From Emiliania huxleyi CCMP1516 (Eukaryota), in NCBI RefSeq assembly GCF_000372725.1, contig NW_005202428.1:791331-855330 (forward strand): a stretch of 64,000 nucleotides of DNA. The letters are read 5' to 3'. The notes below the pieces were generated by a model. That model was not told where the DNA came from. It saw only the letters and a program-made list of their open reading frames with translations, and made no database searches. A program made the position numbers and the translations under genes. The number at the start of each line of letters is the position of its first letter. Within the stretch, counting starts at the first letter, position 1. Shown piece after piece: positions 33,542-49,000 of this stretch.

Positions 33542-35208
33542 TCACATGCCCGCGGCCTGCTCGCACTCGACGTCGTCGGCCGTCGAGTAGGCCGTCGCGC
33601 CGTCAATGTCATCGTCCGACCACGGCGACGAGGCCGCCGAGCCCGCCTGCTCGCGCAGCTCGGAGAGCCTCTGCCGGGTGGCGAGCATCATGCTGTTGAC
33701 GCCGTGCTCGCCCGACGGCACCGCCGCCTCCCGCTCGTCGTCGTCGTCCTCCTCCTCCTCCTCGGCCGTCGCCTCCTCCTCCCCCTCCTCCTCCTCCTCC
33801 GTCGCCGCCTCGGCCGCCTCCATCGGAGCGCCCGACTCGTCGCCGTCGGCTGGCAGCGCCACGCGAGGCCCCAGCTCGAGCGGCTCCGGCGTGGCGGTCG
33901 CGCCGGGCGTCGGTCGGAAGGCCGGCGACGCCTCCGAGCTGAGGAAGCCCTCGGTGCTCGGGTTCTCCGCCTCGACGGCGGCCGCGACGCTCTCGGCGAC
34001 CGGGTTGCTGCACACGCGGCAGAGGCAAGCCTGCTTCTTGACGCCGGGCCCGCCGTACTTGGGCTTGTCCCTGCAATTCTTGCACTCGCCGCAGTCGCCG
34101 CGCGTGCACCCGCTGCACTCGCCGCACCGCGCGAGCCGCGCCTTTTTGCCGCCGGCCGCGCCGCGCTCGTCGGCAGACACGCCATTGTTGTCTGCGTCCT
34201 GCAGCCGCATGCAGCCCTCGACGGCGCTCCAAAAGGCGTGCCACTCGTGCGGCGGGATGAGACCCGTCTTGGCCTGCACGACCGTCTCGAGCACCTTTGG
34301 CATCATGAGCGACGGCGCGGTCGGAGTGGCGGCGGCGGCGGCGGTGGTCGCAGCGGCCGCGAGCGGTCTGCAGGCGGCGGCCGCGCTGGCGCTCGCGACG
34401 CTGGCGTTGAGGCACTTGCGCTCCAGGCAGGACTGCTTCCGGATGCCTGCGCGGCGGGGTCGGGCGGCGTCGGGGCGCGAGGCTGCGGCAGGGAGGGCGT
34501 GCCAGAGCTCGCAGGGAGGACGCGTTCAGGCGCTCAGGCGGTGGGGTTGAGGGCAGCGAGTGGAGGTGGTGGCGAGGGCGGGGCGGAGGGAGGCAGCGGT
34601 GGCGGTGGCGGTGGGGGCGGTGGGAAAGAGGGTAGCGGAGGCGATGGCGGCGGGGGCGGACCAGACGGCGGTGGAGTGGGCGGGGGTGGAGTCGGTGGGG
34701 GGGAGGCGATGGCGGACGGGAGGAGGGCAGTGATGCGAGGGAGCGGGGGCGGCGGAGGGGAGGAGGCAGTGGGGGCGGGGGCTGCGGCGGCGGAGGGGAG
34801 GAGGGGAGGAGGGGCGGGGGCGGGGGCGGGTGGAGGGGAGGAGGAGAGGAGAGTGAGGGCGGGGCGATGGAGGAGGGCAGTGCAGGTGGTTGTGGTGGTA
34901 GGGCAGAGGGCGGAGGTTGTGCGGCGGCGGCGGTGACGCTGTGCATGGCGGCGCGCGCGGGAGAAGGGGCAGCGCGGACCGAGGCCGCCGAACTTAGGCT
35001 TGTCGGTGCAGTTGAGGCACCGACCACAGTCCTCGCGGCAGCAGGCTGCGCAGCGTCCGCAGGAGACGGTGCGCTTCCGCTTCTTCTGCGCCGTCTGCCA
35101 CCACACCGTGCCCGCCGGCCCTGCGGGGTAGATTCCGAGCCCGGCGGCCGCCGCGTCCGCGACGAAGGGGCCCGGCAGCGCGCCGAGCGGGCTGCGGGCG
35201 TACATGAT
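33542..35208 (-). CDS. Protein with two CXXC zinc fingers; intron ~34447-34980
   Basis: First finger SCGRCAACCREDCGRCLNCTDKPKFGGLG|IRKQSCLERKC, second finger RCGECSGCTRGDCGECKNCRDKPKYGGPGVKKQACLCRVC, then an acidic tail. Confidence 0.88.
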
Positions 35209-36202
35209 GACCGTCTCACGAGACCCGACCGCGATCGTCTAGTCTCGTCCAAGTTCTGTCTTCAGGCGCTGTATCGGGGAGGTGACGAGATACTCCTGCC
35301 CGGCAACCTCCAGGTCATGTCAGGATTTTCCGCGATTGTTGTAGAGATCCCTGCCCACAGCGTTCACATTACGAGCCTTGCGATCCCATTACTAAGATGT
35401 TAGGGCGGCTAATTCGCAGCGATCTTACCTAAGGATGGATGGATGGCTGAGCTAGCTACAGTGCAGCCACATCCTCCAGTCTAATGGCTGCAATACAACA
35501 CACACAGCCGTCCTTGGTAGATAGACATGGCTGGAGACGCATTACCGCAGCCATACCGCCCGCCTCGAGGTGAGCCCTCTTGGCTGAGCTGGCTACATCG
35601 CAGCCAGCCATCTTGGGAAAGATGGCTGGGGGACAGCCATTCTGCCATTTCAGCCATCTACTATGGGATGGCGTTTTCTGAGCAGAGCCGAGATCCTTCG
35701 TCAAGAAGCGACAGGGTCCCCTCAAGCTTTTTTTCTCGTTTTACGAGCCCTGCGATCACCATTTAGTAAGATGTGGCGCCGTGGCTAATTCGCACCTATT
35801 CGCAGACGTGCGGCGCCGTCCATCCGGCCAGCCGCCGTCCGGCACACACAAAAACACACAATACGTCTGTATAGCCTATACTGGCCTCTTGGAGAAGCTA
35901 CGATCGGAACAGATCATGCGAGAGAGAGACGAGCATGGAGACACGAGTTTTGGGGGATACTCTCTTTTTGTGTGCTCTCGGATCTGTTCGCGGTTCTCGT
36001 CACAAAAATATGTCAAGGGACAAGAGCTCTGACTGCCGTCAAACGTCTTTCTTTCTGGAGACGAACAAAATAAGCGAAATAACTCAACAGCGTATGGCGA
36101 CTGGCTCACCGTCTCGGCATCCCCGCAAGGATCGACGCATTGAGAGCGGCCGCCTTCCTCTCGAGCGATGTCCTGACTTGCCAACAATATACCTACAACC
36201 AA

Positions 36203-36272
36203 GAAACCCTTCGGGTCGCTCCTCATCGCAAACCCTGTCATGTCAGCGGAGTCCTCCTCCGGGATGTACGTA
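36203..36272 (+). repeat. Short interspersed repeat, also at 42363-42415 and 42601-42631
   Basis: GAAACCCTTCGGxTCGCTCCTCATCGCAAACCCTGTCA...GAGTCCTCCT is shared. Confidence 0.7.
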
Positions 36273-36572
36273 CCTAGTATGTTCCGATTCATCTGTCTGT
36301 CCGAGCGAGACTGCTGACTGACTGAGTATATGGCGCTGACTTTTCTTTTGTTTGTTCTCGGTGTGAGTTGTCGAGTACTCGCACGAAAGCGGCGTTTTTC
36401 ATATCGTAGAAGTACCTAAAAGAGCTTGGCAGTGTGAATGGCCCACCGAATAAGAAAAACGAAACCCGGCGGATTTCGATCCCTTTCTGGTGTGAGGGGT
36501 GCAAGGCTGGCAAGCGAGGCAACTGCAGAGACGACCTCCATTTCGCCGGGCCTGTCAGGAGTGAATTTGGAG

Positions 36573-38519
<1,947 letters not shown>

Positions 38520-39335
38520 GCATCCGCAGGGGGCGGAGCGGGCCCGATTTAATTAAACGGAGGGACTCCGGGGATGCAGGAGCGCGCGAATCCGGCAGCG
38601 CAAGCTGCGACTCGTCGGGTAAGCCTGTGACAGGCCTGTGACAGTATCCCTTGCTCGTCTTTTTCTTTCATTACGGCTTTATTTGGGGCGTAGCTTTTGC
38701 CTTTTCTTTTCAGTTTTCTCGCCCCTAGCCGTTTTTTTTTCTCGGCGCCCCCCACCGCTCCTCGCCGTGCCAGTTACGCCGGAAATTCTATCTTTTTCAA
38801 AAACGGGGTTTCTCGCGATGCCCGCGCGCGCGCGCGCGCGCGCGCGGCCTCGCCGCGCCCGGCTCGCGCGCCTCGCGGCCGCCGCCGCCGCCGCGCCCGC
38901 TCGCCACGTCGCCAGACACGCTCCGCCGCCCGCCCTCCCTCCCCGACCTCCCCACGAGCAGTTTTTTTTCTCCGCTTGACCGGGCCCCCTCTTTAACGCA
39001 TTTTTCGCGTGACGACAGACGAGGCATGCGGTTAGGGCTTAGGCGACTGCGGAGTGGGGCAGTGTCCCAGTCGCGGCGAGAATGGAGTGCGGACGGCGTG
39101 CTAAGTCGTGTGTGCTCCCTTTTGCTTGCTAAGACTGCAACATTTTTTTTCATCGCATTTTTCGGTGCGCGCGTGTAGTGGCTCGCACACAGTAAAGTGT
39201 AGTAAGTGGGAGAAATATTGGAGGAGCGAGGAGGCTCCCGGGCACCGGCATCGTCCCGTTGACAGTGTTGGTTGGTAGGAGGAAGGAGCAAGTCCCGGTG
39301 GGTGCTGGAGAATGGAGTGGCCAGAGATGCGATCC

Positions 39336-42071
39336 TCATGTGCTCATCCCCCGGCCGCCGCGGCCGCGCGCGCCACGGCCGCGCCCGCCGCGCCCGCCGC
39401 GCCCGCCGCGCCCACGCGCGCTGCGGTCGCCCCCCCGCGCGCGGTCGCCCCACTCCCCGCTCGCAGGCGTCGCCCCTCCGACCCCCTTCCCCGTCGGGAA
39501 GGCGGACCGCTTGGTCGGGTTGACGCGCAGCACGCTCGCCGACGTCGCGGCGGCGGCGGCGGCGGCGGCGGTCGCCTCGATCATGTCCTCCCCCGCGGCG
39601 TGGGCGGCGCGGATGGCCCGCACGAGCTCGGTGTCGTGCCTATAGGAGGGGGTGGGCCCGCAATCGAGAAGGGGGGGGGGGGCGCCGTGCAGACGCGGCG
39701 GGGACGCGAGATCGGCGAGCGGCTACTTGGTGACGAGCGAGTGAGACGCGCCGCGGCTGCCGGCGCGTGCGGTGCGGCCGCAGCGGTGGAGGTAGTCGGC
39801 GGCGCTCTTCGGGAAGTCAAACTGGACGACATGCTCGACCTGGTGCTCACCGGTGGGACGCGCGCTCAGGCACTGCTCACGCCGCACGGCTTAGGCGGCG
39901 GGCTCGACCTGCAAGTTGTCGAGCCCGCGCGCCGCCAGGTCGGTTGTCACGAGGACAGACGCGCCTACAGCATGCCCCTCGAGGGTCTGGGGGTGGGAGC
40001 ACGGCGCCGGGCGTCGCATCCCTGCGCCGTTCGGGAGCACGAGAGCCACGGCTGGTGTGGACAGAGTCGCGGCGGACACGGCTTGGAGACGGTGGGTCGC
40101 AGCGGGGTGGGTGCGTGTCTTGGAGTGCGCTGGCGGAGCACAAGAGGCGGCGCGTGTCTTCCGGGTCTAGGGCGAGACATGGTGAGAGAGGTTGGGGAGA
40201 CGTTCCGCATGACGTTCCGCATCTAGGGGCGAGGCGCCGCCCGCGACGAAGCGCTCGAAGTTGTCCGCGCGCGCCTTGGCGGGGATCGCCCCGTGGTAGT
40301 TTGCCGTCGCGTAGCCCTCCTCCTCGAGGTGACGGTCGACGAACCTGACGAATCACCCAGTCCGACCGGTCTCCCCCCCTCGCGCGCAGCCACTCCTCCG
40401 CCTCGAGGCGGCGCGCTCGACGGACCTCGCGGAGTCCTGCGAGTTGCAAAAGAGGACGACCCGCCCCAGGGTCGGCCGTCCCTCCTCCGGCGGACCGAGC
40501 GGAGGACCGAGCAGCTCGCGCAGCGCCGCGACCTTGCCGTCGGGGCCCTTGCACGTCACGAACCTGGAGAGGGAGGAGGCGCGGCTGCGCGAGTGTCTTT
40601 CTTGGGCGAGCCCCCCCTGCGCGTCACGAGCCTGAGAGGGAGGGGAGGCGAGGGCAGCACTCGCGAGGGATCGGCCGCGACTGTGCCGTCAGGCCCCTCC
40701 CGCGCCGCGCACCTCTGCTCCAGCTGCGCGGGGACGGTGTGCACGCCGCCAACCATCATCTGCTTGGCGCCGCTCAGCCGCCGCTCGTAGAGAGCGACCG
40801 CCGCCGCCGGGTGTGTCGCCCCAACGGCCACGTGCTGCACGCGCGCCGCCGCGCGGCCGGCGGCGGCGGCGGCGGCGGCGCGCGGGTCCGCGGCGAGGTT
40901 GCGCGTGGTGATGGCGAGGAGCTTGTCGAGCTCGTCGCCGAAGCCCGCCTGGAGAGGGGAGTGGACCAGTGACGGCCGCGGGCTGGGCGGGCTGGGCGGG
41001 CTCTGTGTCCGGCGCCTGCCCCAGACATCGTCGTGGGCAACCTCGGGCGATCTCGGACGATCTCGGGCGATCTCGGGTCCATCTGACCATCTCGGTCGAT
41101 CTCGGCCCATCTCGGTCGATCTCGAGCGCCTCAAACATGGTGTCCACCTCGTCGACGATGACGTGGCGCACGTCACCCAGGAAGAGCGACCCCTTGTCCA
41201 CAAGCTGCAGCAGCCGCCCTGGCGTCGCGACGAGGACATCCACAGGCAGAGAGAGCATCCGCGCCTTGGGGGTGGGGGGAGGGGCGCTAGCAGGTGAGAG
41301 GTGCACACGAGGGGCCTCGTCCCGCCGGAGTGGGCGAGAGGCTGGATGCGCGAGAGGCTGGTGCGGGGAGAGGGTGGCGCGGGGAGAGGGTGGCGCGGGG
41401 AGAGGGTGGCGCGGGGAGAGGGTGGCACGACGGGCGCGGCGCTGAGCCGCAAGTCTCGGAGGCGGGGATGGGGCGCGGGCGGCGCAGAGGCGCAGAGGGC
41501 AAGGGTGGGGCGGGCGGCACAGAGGCGGGCGGCACAGAAGGCGGCACAGAAGGCGGCACAGAGGGCGGGCGGCACAGACGGTTTGCGGCGCCTGCGGAGC
41601 GACGGGCGTGCCGCCGGAGACCGCCTTGACGGAGAGGCGGAGCGACTGCCCAAGCGTGCGGCCGACCTCGTGCACCTGCACCGCCAGCTCGCGCGTCGGC
41701 ACCAGCACGAGCGCGCGCGGCCGCTTGGGCTTGGCGCGCGCGCCCGCCGCCTCCTCGTCCGCCTTGAGCGTCTGCATGATGGGCACCAAGTAGGTGAGGG
41801 TCTTGCCCGAGCCCGTCTGGGCGCCGACGATCAGGTCGCCACGCCCGGCCAGCGCCGGCATCGCGCGGGCCTGCAGCTCGTTGGGCGCCACCACGCCGAG
41901 GCGGTCCAGCGCATCGATGGTCTCGGCGCGCAGGCCAAGCTCAGCAAAGCTGGCCGCACTGCAGCGCACGGATGCCCGTGGAGACGGTGGCGCCACGCGG
42001 AGGGGGCGGGCGAAGCTCGCCGACAGCAGCAGAATACTATGGGGCAGGCAGGCGGCCGCAGGCGAGCGCAT
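39336..42071 (-). CDS. DEAD-box RNA helicase (plastid RH39/RH50-like), multi-exon, with an RGG tail
   Basis: [43 protein letters not shown] and HRCGRTAR motifs; signal/transit-like N-terminus. Confidence 0.92.
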
Positions 42072-42691
42072 GTACAAACCCGTTCCTGCCTGGGCGATCA
42101 GCGCGAGGCTCGATCTGACGAAAGAATTTTACACCAAGTCCCGCGTATGGTACTGCGTGGGTTGTGTGTTTTCTTTCTTTCTTTCTTTACTGCGTGGGTT
42201 GGGTTGGGGCGCTGTGCGTGCTCTTTAGTTTATGCGCGTGGTGACGGCGCGTGGCGTGACGATGCGTGTGGTCGCCGTGCTCGTGGAGGCGGCGTTCAAG
42301 GTGTCCAAAAATCTTTTTCCAAGCGCTTGCGCTTCGGCGGTTAGTGGTGCACTAACCTCCGAGAAACCCTTCGGCTCGCTCCTCATCGCAAACCCTGTCA
42401 GCAGAGTCCTCCTACCTGCAAACAAACAAAACATCTCTCTCTCTCTCTCTCCTACCTGCTACGCTGCTACCTTACGGGAATGTAGACAAAACAAAACACT
42501 GGAATGTACGTATAAAGAGCCACATACAACCTTAGGGGCCTAGAGAACACAACCCCCTCTCCCTTTCTCCCAGTAAGCTAAAAGTACGTGCAACGAAAAA
42601 GTCAGCAGAGTCCTCCTACGGGAATGTACGTATAAGGAGCCACGTAATAAAATGAGATGGCCGTTTCACTTGGCGGCATTGCGTAGCATAG

Positions 42692-43633
42692 ATGGCCGAG
42701 GTGGCAGAGGCGCCAGGAGAGGACGCGGCGGAGTTCTTCGGAGAAGGGCTCCATCCGTCGGAAGGGCCCGGGGCGGTGCCGGCCTCGGCATCGGAGGCAG
42801 CACCTGCGGCGAAATCTTCAGCGACAGAGGCCGCCGCGGCGGCGGAGGCTACAGAGGCTGAGGCAGAGGCTGCAGAGGCGGTAGCTGCAGGGTCTGCAAA
42901 TGCAGAGGCGGAGCCGGCAATCGAGCCCCAACCCCCGGCCGAGGCCGAAGCTGCGCCAGTGCCACCAACGGCGACGCCAGCCCTGAGAGAGAACAACAAC
43001 GCAGCCGCCAAGGCCACACCGAGCAAGCGCCTGCCGAGGGCTGGGCGGGTGCTCCTCGGTGGGGCGAGCAGCGAGCCGGTGCAAACCCCCGCCCAGCCAG
43101 AGTCGCCGTACGGCCAGTACCTCGCGGCGCACGCGCTGTACCTTGAGCGCGAGGGACGAGAGCGAGAGCGCCGCCGCGAGGAGAGGGCAAAGGCAAAGGC
43201 GGAGGCAGAGGCGGCCGCCGCAAAGGCAGCAGCGGAGGCAGATGCAGCCAGGGAGGAGGCCAAGCTGAAGGCGGCGGCGGCAAAGGAGGAGGCGGCGGCG
43301 GCCGCCGCCGCCGCCGCAGCAGCAGCAAAGAAGAAGGCCGCAGCCGAGGCGGCTGCTGCTGAGTCCAGCGCGGAGCCCGCAGAGCCTACGGCAGCGCCAA
43401 CCGAGGCGGCGCCCGAGTCAGCGGGGGAGTCGGCGGTAGAGCAGCCGGTAGAGTCGGCGGTGGACCCTGAGCCGGAAGGAGCAGTGAAATGTCCAGCCGA
43501 ACCCGCGCCAGAGCCCACGTCATCCTCGCCAGAACCGCAGCCAGAGGCACAGGCAGAGGGAGAGGCAGAACCCGAGCAGCAGCAGGAGCCCGCAGCGGGA
43601 GGGGAGAGGGAAGAGGGACATGAGGGAGAGTGA
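42692..43633 (+). CDS. Ala/Glu/Pro-rich coiled-coil hypothetical protein
   Basis: A 313 aa ATG-initiated ORF with a charged helical core; no domain recognised. Confidence 0.55.
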   Translation: MAEVAEAPGEDAAEFFGEGLHPSEGPGAVPASASEAAPAAKSSATEAAAAAEATEAEAEAAEAVAAGSANAEAEPAIEPQPPAEAEAAPVPPTATPALRENNNAAAKATPSKRLPRAGRVLLGGASSEPVQTPAQPESPYGQYLAAHALYLEREGRERERRREERAKAKAEAEAAAAKAAAEADAAREEAKLKAAAAKEEAAAAAAAAAAAAKKKAAAEAAAAESSAEPAEPTAAPTEAAPESAGESAVEQPVESAVDPEPEGAVKCPAEPAPEPTSSSPEPQPEAQAEGEAEPEQQQEPAAGGEREEGHEGE

Positions 43634-43897
43634 GGGGTCTAAAATGGACCTTAAATGCGGTATGCCGACAGACACATGCACTGCTTGCTTGTGTGAGAGA
43701 GCTTGTGAGAGTTTTTATGTTTTGTTGCTTGTGTGTGCGAACAATGGTGACCACAAGCGCGAAGAAGTCACGACTCTCACAGTCACCCGAGAGCAGCTGA
43801 ACCTGCCTCTGGCCTCGCCTCCCTCTCTCCTTCAGGCATTCGTGGCATCCTATGGGTCGTCCAGAGTATCGACCTCTGGCTTGTCAGCCGCCCCACC

Positions 43898-45299
43898 GAG
43901 GGCGCCATGAAGTACAGCGATCGCCACCTCGCTGGCCTCTCCGCAAGGCCTCCCGACCGCGTCGAACTCACGGCGCGGGCTCTCTCGGCTACGGGACCGG
44001 CCCCAGCTTCGGCTGAGGGCTAACAAGCTGCCGAGCCCAAATCACTGTGAGAGTCGTGATTTCTGGCTGAGCCCTGGCCTCGACACCTCGACACCAAACC
44101 TCGACACCGACTCGACACCTCGACAACCCATGCCAACTCGACAAACTCGACACCCCTCGACACCCCTCGACACCATCTAGGCTGAAACCATGCTCGTCCG
44201 TGTCAAGGTGCCAAACTCGACACCTCGACACCCCTCGACACCCCTCGACACCCCTCGACACCCCTCGACACCGCTCGACACCTCTGATGATCCTAACACA
44301 GCAGAGACGTAGACCCATTGGAGTCACAGAGTTAGAAATCAGGGTTGCAGCAGCAATCAAACTTGGCTGGCAGTACTTTCATCCCTGAGTTGCAGCCTCT
44401 CAAGTTCTAGCTCAAGTTGCAGCTCAGTTGCACCCCTGTTGATGCAGCAAACATGGCAGTACTCAGGTAGCCCTAAGGTGCTGCACAGCACCTTGTACAG
44501 TGGCAATGAATCCTCACACCAGTGAGCTTGTGCCATGAGTGCAGACCTGTGGTCCATTGCGCTTTGTGCACTGGCGACGCTGCAACGGCGACGCTGCAGC
44601 GGCGGCGACGCTGCTGCGATGGGGTACTGTAGCCCTTAGCTGCTGGACAGCACCTTGTGCAGTGGCAATGTCCACTGACTCATGGCACCAGCCTTGTGCC
44701 ATGAGCGCTGTGGTCAGTTGCGCTTTGTGCGCCGGTGACGCTGCAGCAGCGACGCTGCTGCAGCAGCGACGCTGCTGCGGTGCACTGGTGCTGCACCTGC
44801 ACAGCACCTTGGTGCACAGTGGCAATGACTCCCGGCACTTGATGTCCTCAAATGTCCACAGAGAGTATACTGGTTGTGCTCAGGTTGTGCTACATCAACA
44901 GGGTGCAACTGAGGCTGCAACTAAGGGATGAAACAGCTTTGCAACTGCTGCCCAACTTTTGTTGTATGTTGATGGGCTGCAACTGCATCCACCTGCCACC
45001 TTGGACACCTCGATACCTCAGACGCCTCTTGACAACACTCGACACCCGCTCGACACCCGCTCGACACCCTCGACACCCTCGACACCCTCGACACCCTCGA
45101 CACCCCTCGACACCCCTCGACACTCCTCGACACGGACAAGCATGGTTTCAGCCTCGACAGGCCTCGACAGGCCTCGACAGGCCTCGACAGGCCTCGACAC
45201 CTCTATCCCTCGACAGCAGCTCGACACCCTCGACACCGGGCCTCGACACCTCGACACCAGGGCTCAGATTTCTGGTTGGTTTTCTAAAATCTCTCTCTC
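43898..45299 (+). mobile_element. LINE-like 3' end (43898-44066 + 45268-45299) split by a TIR element
   Basis: Inverted match to 6180-6370; ends in TTTTCTAAAATCTCTCTCTC. Confidence 0.75.
44067..45267. mobile_element. Non-autonomous TIR transposon, 1201 bp, 8 bp TSD
   Basis: TIR CTGAGCCCTGG / CCAGGGCTCAG and TSD ATTTCTGG (44059-44066, 45268-45275). (CTCGACACC)n subterminal arrays, plus an internal inverted-repeat block at ~44340-44986. Confidence 0.9.
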
Positions 45300-45478
45300 A
45301 AGCGCGCATCTAAACCAAAAGCAAAATATTGCACTTGTCTTTTATAGCCTTCGATGTTATGAAACAAACAACGCAAGGCGGACATACACAGCACATCGCT
45401 CTCGGGCCCACAGACATCCCGCACACCCGCCGCCCCCGCCCGGGAGAAAGGGGAGTGACAGTTTTGGGGACGCGACAG

Positions 45479-45732
45479 CACTATCAAACTATTAGCCTAA
45501 TAACGTACCTAATTATCAACATATACCTAATAATTATCTTGTTATGAGCTGCTTCGCGTTATTAGCTCGATGACAGCTAATAATAAGCGGCTAATAAGCG
45601 GCTAATAAGCGGCTAATAGTACCTAATAACCACCTAATAAGCGGCGCCTTGGCTAATAATTAGCTTAATAACAGCGTTATTAGGTATATGTTGATCATTT
45701 AGGTACGTTATTAGGCTAATAGTTTGATAGTG
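45479..45732. mobile_element. CACTA/EnSpm-type MITE, 254 bp, AT-rich
   Basis: TIR CACTATCAAACTATTAGCCTAATAACGTACCTAA / TTAGGTACGTTATTAGGCTAATAGTTTGATAGTG with a 2 bp TSD AG. It is absent from the host-repeat copy at ~12560. Confidence 0.9.
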
Positions 45733-46063
45733 AGACGACATCGATCTCGGCACTCCAATGTGCGAGAACGCAGAGAAAGGACTGGGCTCTGGGGGTGGTC
45801 CGGCCCACATTCCGGCTCATGCGACCGAGCTGACCATCTAGATTCTAGTACCGCACTGAACACTTTCGCCCCCTCGCCCCAAACCCATCCACTTCGCCGA
45901 GCCCGAGATACACGCACACACATAACCTGCTCTCAAAAAAAGGAAGGGCCTGGTTGGAGATGGTGCACGCCCTGCGAGCGGGGCGGGGTCTGCCCGTCGG
46001 GTTGTCGCCCAATCTTCCCATGAGATGTCTGCTCTGTTTATTTATTGGTTGGAGATGTCATGC

Positions 46064-49000
46064 TTACCTCGCCTCCACCTCCACCGCGGCCTCTACGACG
46101 CCGTCTTCCTCCTGCTCCTCCTCGCCCTCAGCGACCACCACCACCTCAGCATCCACCTCCATCGCCTCCGCTCCCGACTCCACCTGCGCCCCCTCCTCAT
46201 CACTCACCTCGAACGCCTCCACCTCGACCGCCTCCGCCTCCTCCATCTCCTCCGCCTCCATCTCGTCCATCTCCGCCTCCGCCTCCGCATGCAGCTCGGC
46301 CCACCGCTCGCGGCACTCGGCGCCGGTGCGTCCAGGCAAATGCGACGCCACGATGCCCCATTGGCAGGACGCGACGCGCGCTCGCAACCCGGCCAACTTC
46401 TTTGCTAGACTCGGCACCAGCAGCCGCAAGCGCGCGTCGCCCCCTCGCTCGCCACCCCAAGGGAGCGGTGCCGCTGTCTCGTCCGCCACTGAGCAAGCAA
46501 CGACGGCCGACGCCGCATCGACGTCCTCGCCGCCCTGCGATGCGCGCGCCGCGCTCTGCAGCCGCGCCAAACCGTCAACCACAGCCTGTCCACAGCCGCA
46601 CGCGGTGAAGGGGCGCACAAAGCAGCGTGTGCCGGCAACCGGCGACTACTGCCTCGCACGTGGCCGGAGGCGGCGGAGGGTGGCGCCGAACGGCACGCCA
46701 CGCGCCGTCTTCGCGCGGCTCACCCATCCCCGTCTCCGCGCCCCAATACGCGGTGCTGCCGCTGCCTGCGCGAGAGCTTCCTCCCTCGTAGTCGATCCTG
46801 ATCTCGCCTCCGGCGGATATGGGCTCGGACGCGACGAGGACCATGTGCTGGCGCACCTCGCACCTATAGAATTGCGACTCGCTGTGGCGCGTCCCGTCCG
46901 GCGCGACGACACGTGCTGGCGCAGCTCGCACGGTGCGGGGCGCAACACGGGCCACAGCTCGAGCCGCGCGTTGGGCGAGCGGCTGTGGTTGGCGTACGAC
47001 GCGCAACAGCGGGGCACGCTGAACGGGCAATTCTCGCTTGCGCCGTCGACGACGACATGGGTGCCTACGCCGTGCCTCCTCACGTAAAGCGACACGCCGC
47101 GAAGCGCAGGCAGTGGCGGCGTCGGCGCCCGGGATCTGAAGCGCGCACGTGCCGCGCCGCTGCAAGCTGCACGGCAGCCGCGGCCCGGAGTACAAGCCGA
47201 GCGCCTGCCCCCGCCGGAGAGGCGCCCGCGCCCAGAGCCCGAGCCCGAAATCGCTTGGTGCGACGAAGGACCACGCGTTGAGCGGGCCGTGCGCGGCAGC
47301 CGTGAGCAGCGCCGCGGTGTCACGCGCCATCTGCCGTTCGATCGCCTCGGGCGGCACCAGCGCTGGAGGCGCGGGCGGCGGAGGAGACCATTCGAAGTCG
47401 CACCCGCCATCGGCGCGCGCGCACCACCACCTCCTGCCCATCCACACCGCCGGCCTGCCACACTCGCACAGCGGCTGCATGCCCGCGGTGCCGTCGTCGG
47501 TGCGACCGCACGCCCACAGCTCGAAGCTGCAGCCGCCGTCCTCGTCGGCACACCACCAGCGCCGCTTGCGCAGCACGGCCAGCGCACCGCAAAGGCAAGT
47601 GGGGGGTGGCACACCGCCGCCCGGCGCCCCCTCCGCCGAGGCAAGCTGCACAAACCGCGGCAACTCCGCCGCGGTCAAAGCGCCCTGCAAACTCGGCGCC
47701 CGCCCGGCCGCCGCGTGGGGCCGCCCGAGGGAAGGCGCGGAGAGGTAGGCCGGCAGCCGGGAGGAAGAAAAAGAAACGCCGCCGCGAGGGCCTGCTGCCG
47801 ACTCGGAGGCGCCGCCGCTGGACGAGGACGCGGCGCCGGCATTGAAGGCGCGGATCAGGCTCTCGTCGAAGATGTTGTCCTCGCACTCCCAGCTGTCGTG
47901 CTCGGGCGGGTAGTCCTCCCAGCGCACCAAGTACTGGGCCTCTCCACCGACGTGCCGCCGCGCGAGCAGCGCCTCGACTCGAAACACGTCGCCGCCCAGC
48001 CCTGCGAGCGGCCCGGGCTGGCGGGCGGAGGCGGAGGCGGAGGCGGAGGCGGAGGCGGAGGCGGCGGCGGAGGCGGAGGCGGAGGTGGGCGGCGCCCGAG
48101 CTCCGCCTTGGTCGAGTCCGAAGTGTCGAGCCACCTCGATGCGCGAGCGGAAGCGCTTCCCGGCGGGCGAGAAGAAGTAGGTGTCGCAAGACCGCCGGCG
48201 AGAAGAAGTAGCTTGTCGCACCTCTGTCCGCGTGTACCAGCCGTCGACGAGGCCCTCCCGGCCGCCGCAAGAGACCTGCAGAGGGGATGGGGGGGGGGGT
48301 GCATTCCAGCCGACTGATGAAGAGGAACGCGCCAGGGGGGGGACTAGGCGAGGGGGGTGGGGAGGAGGCGAGGGAACCACCAAATACTCGGAGAGGCCGC
48401 CAACAGAGCGGCAGGCCAAGCCGTCCGAGAGCCGCGGCCTCTTCACCGCTGCAGCGGCCGGTGCGCCCGCCAATCCAACGCCCGGCCGCTTGCCTAGCTG
48501 CGGCGGCGGGGCTGCCTGCGGCGGGGGGGGCGCGAGCGGCCGCTTGCGCGAGCGGCCGCTTGCGCGAGCGGGGGGGGCGCAAGCCGCCGCCGCCGCCTCT
48601 TCGACCGCCCGCGCGTACGCCACCGCCGCCTCCACCGCTGTGTCGAAGCAGCCGATGTAGACCTGCCTTTCGTCCACCCTGTGCTTCGCCTGGAAGCGGC
48701 CAAAGTGCTCGTGCACGCCTAAGTAGCCGGTACTGCTGATGCTGGAGAGATGCAAGCGCAGCCCGTCCACCTCTGGCGCCCCCGTCGGGGGAGGTTGAGC
48801 CGGTTGAGCCGGAGGCTGGTACTCGCCGACCGTCCGCGCATACGCCACCGCCGCCTCCACCGCCGTGTCGAAGATGCCGATGGTGGGCTTCCGATCTCTC
48901 CAGCGGCCCACCGATCGGTGCGCCAGGAAACGGCCAGAGGGGAGCTTGGTCACGCCCTTGTAGCCGGTGCCGGCGGCGCTGGACAAGTGCAAGCGCAAGC

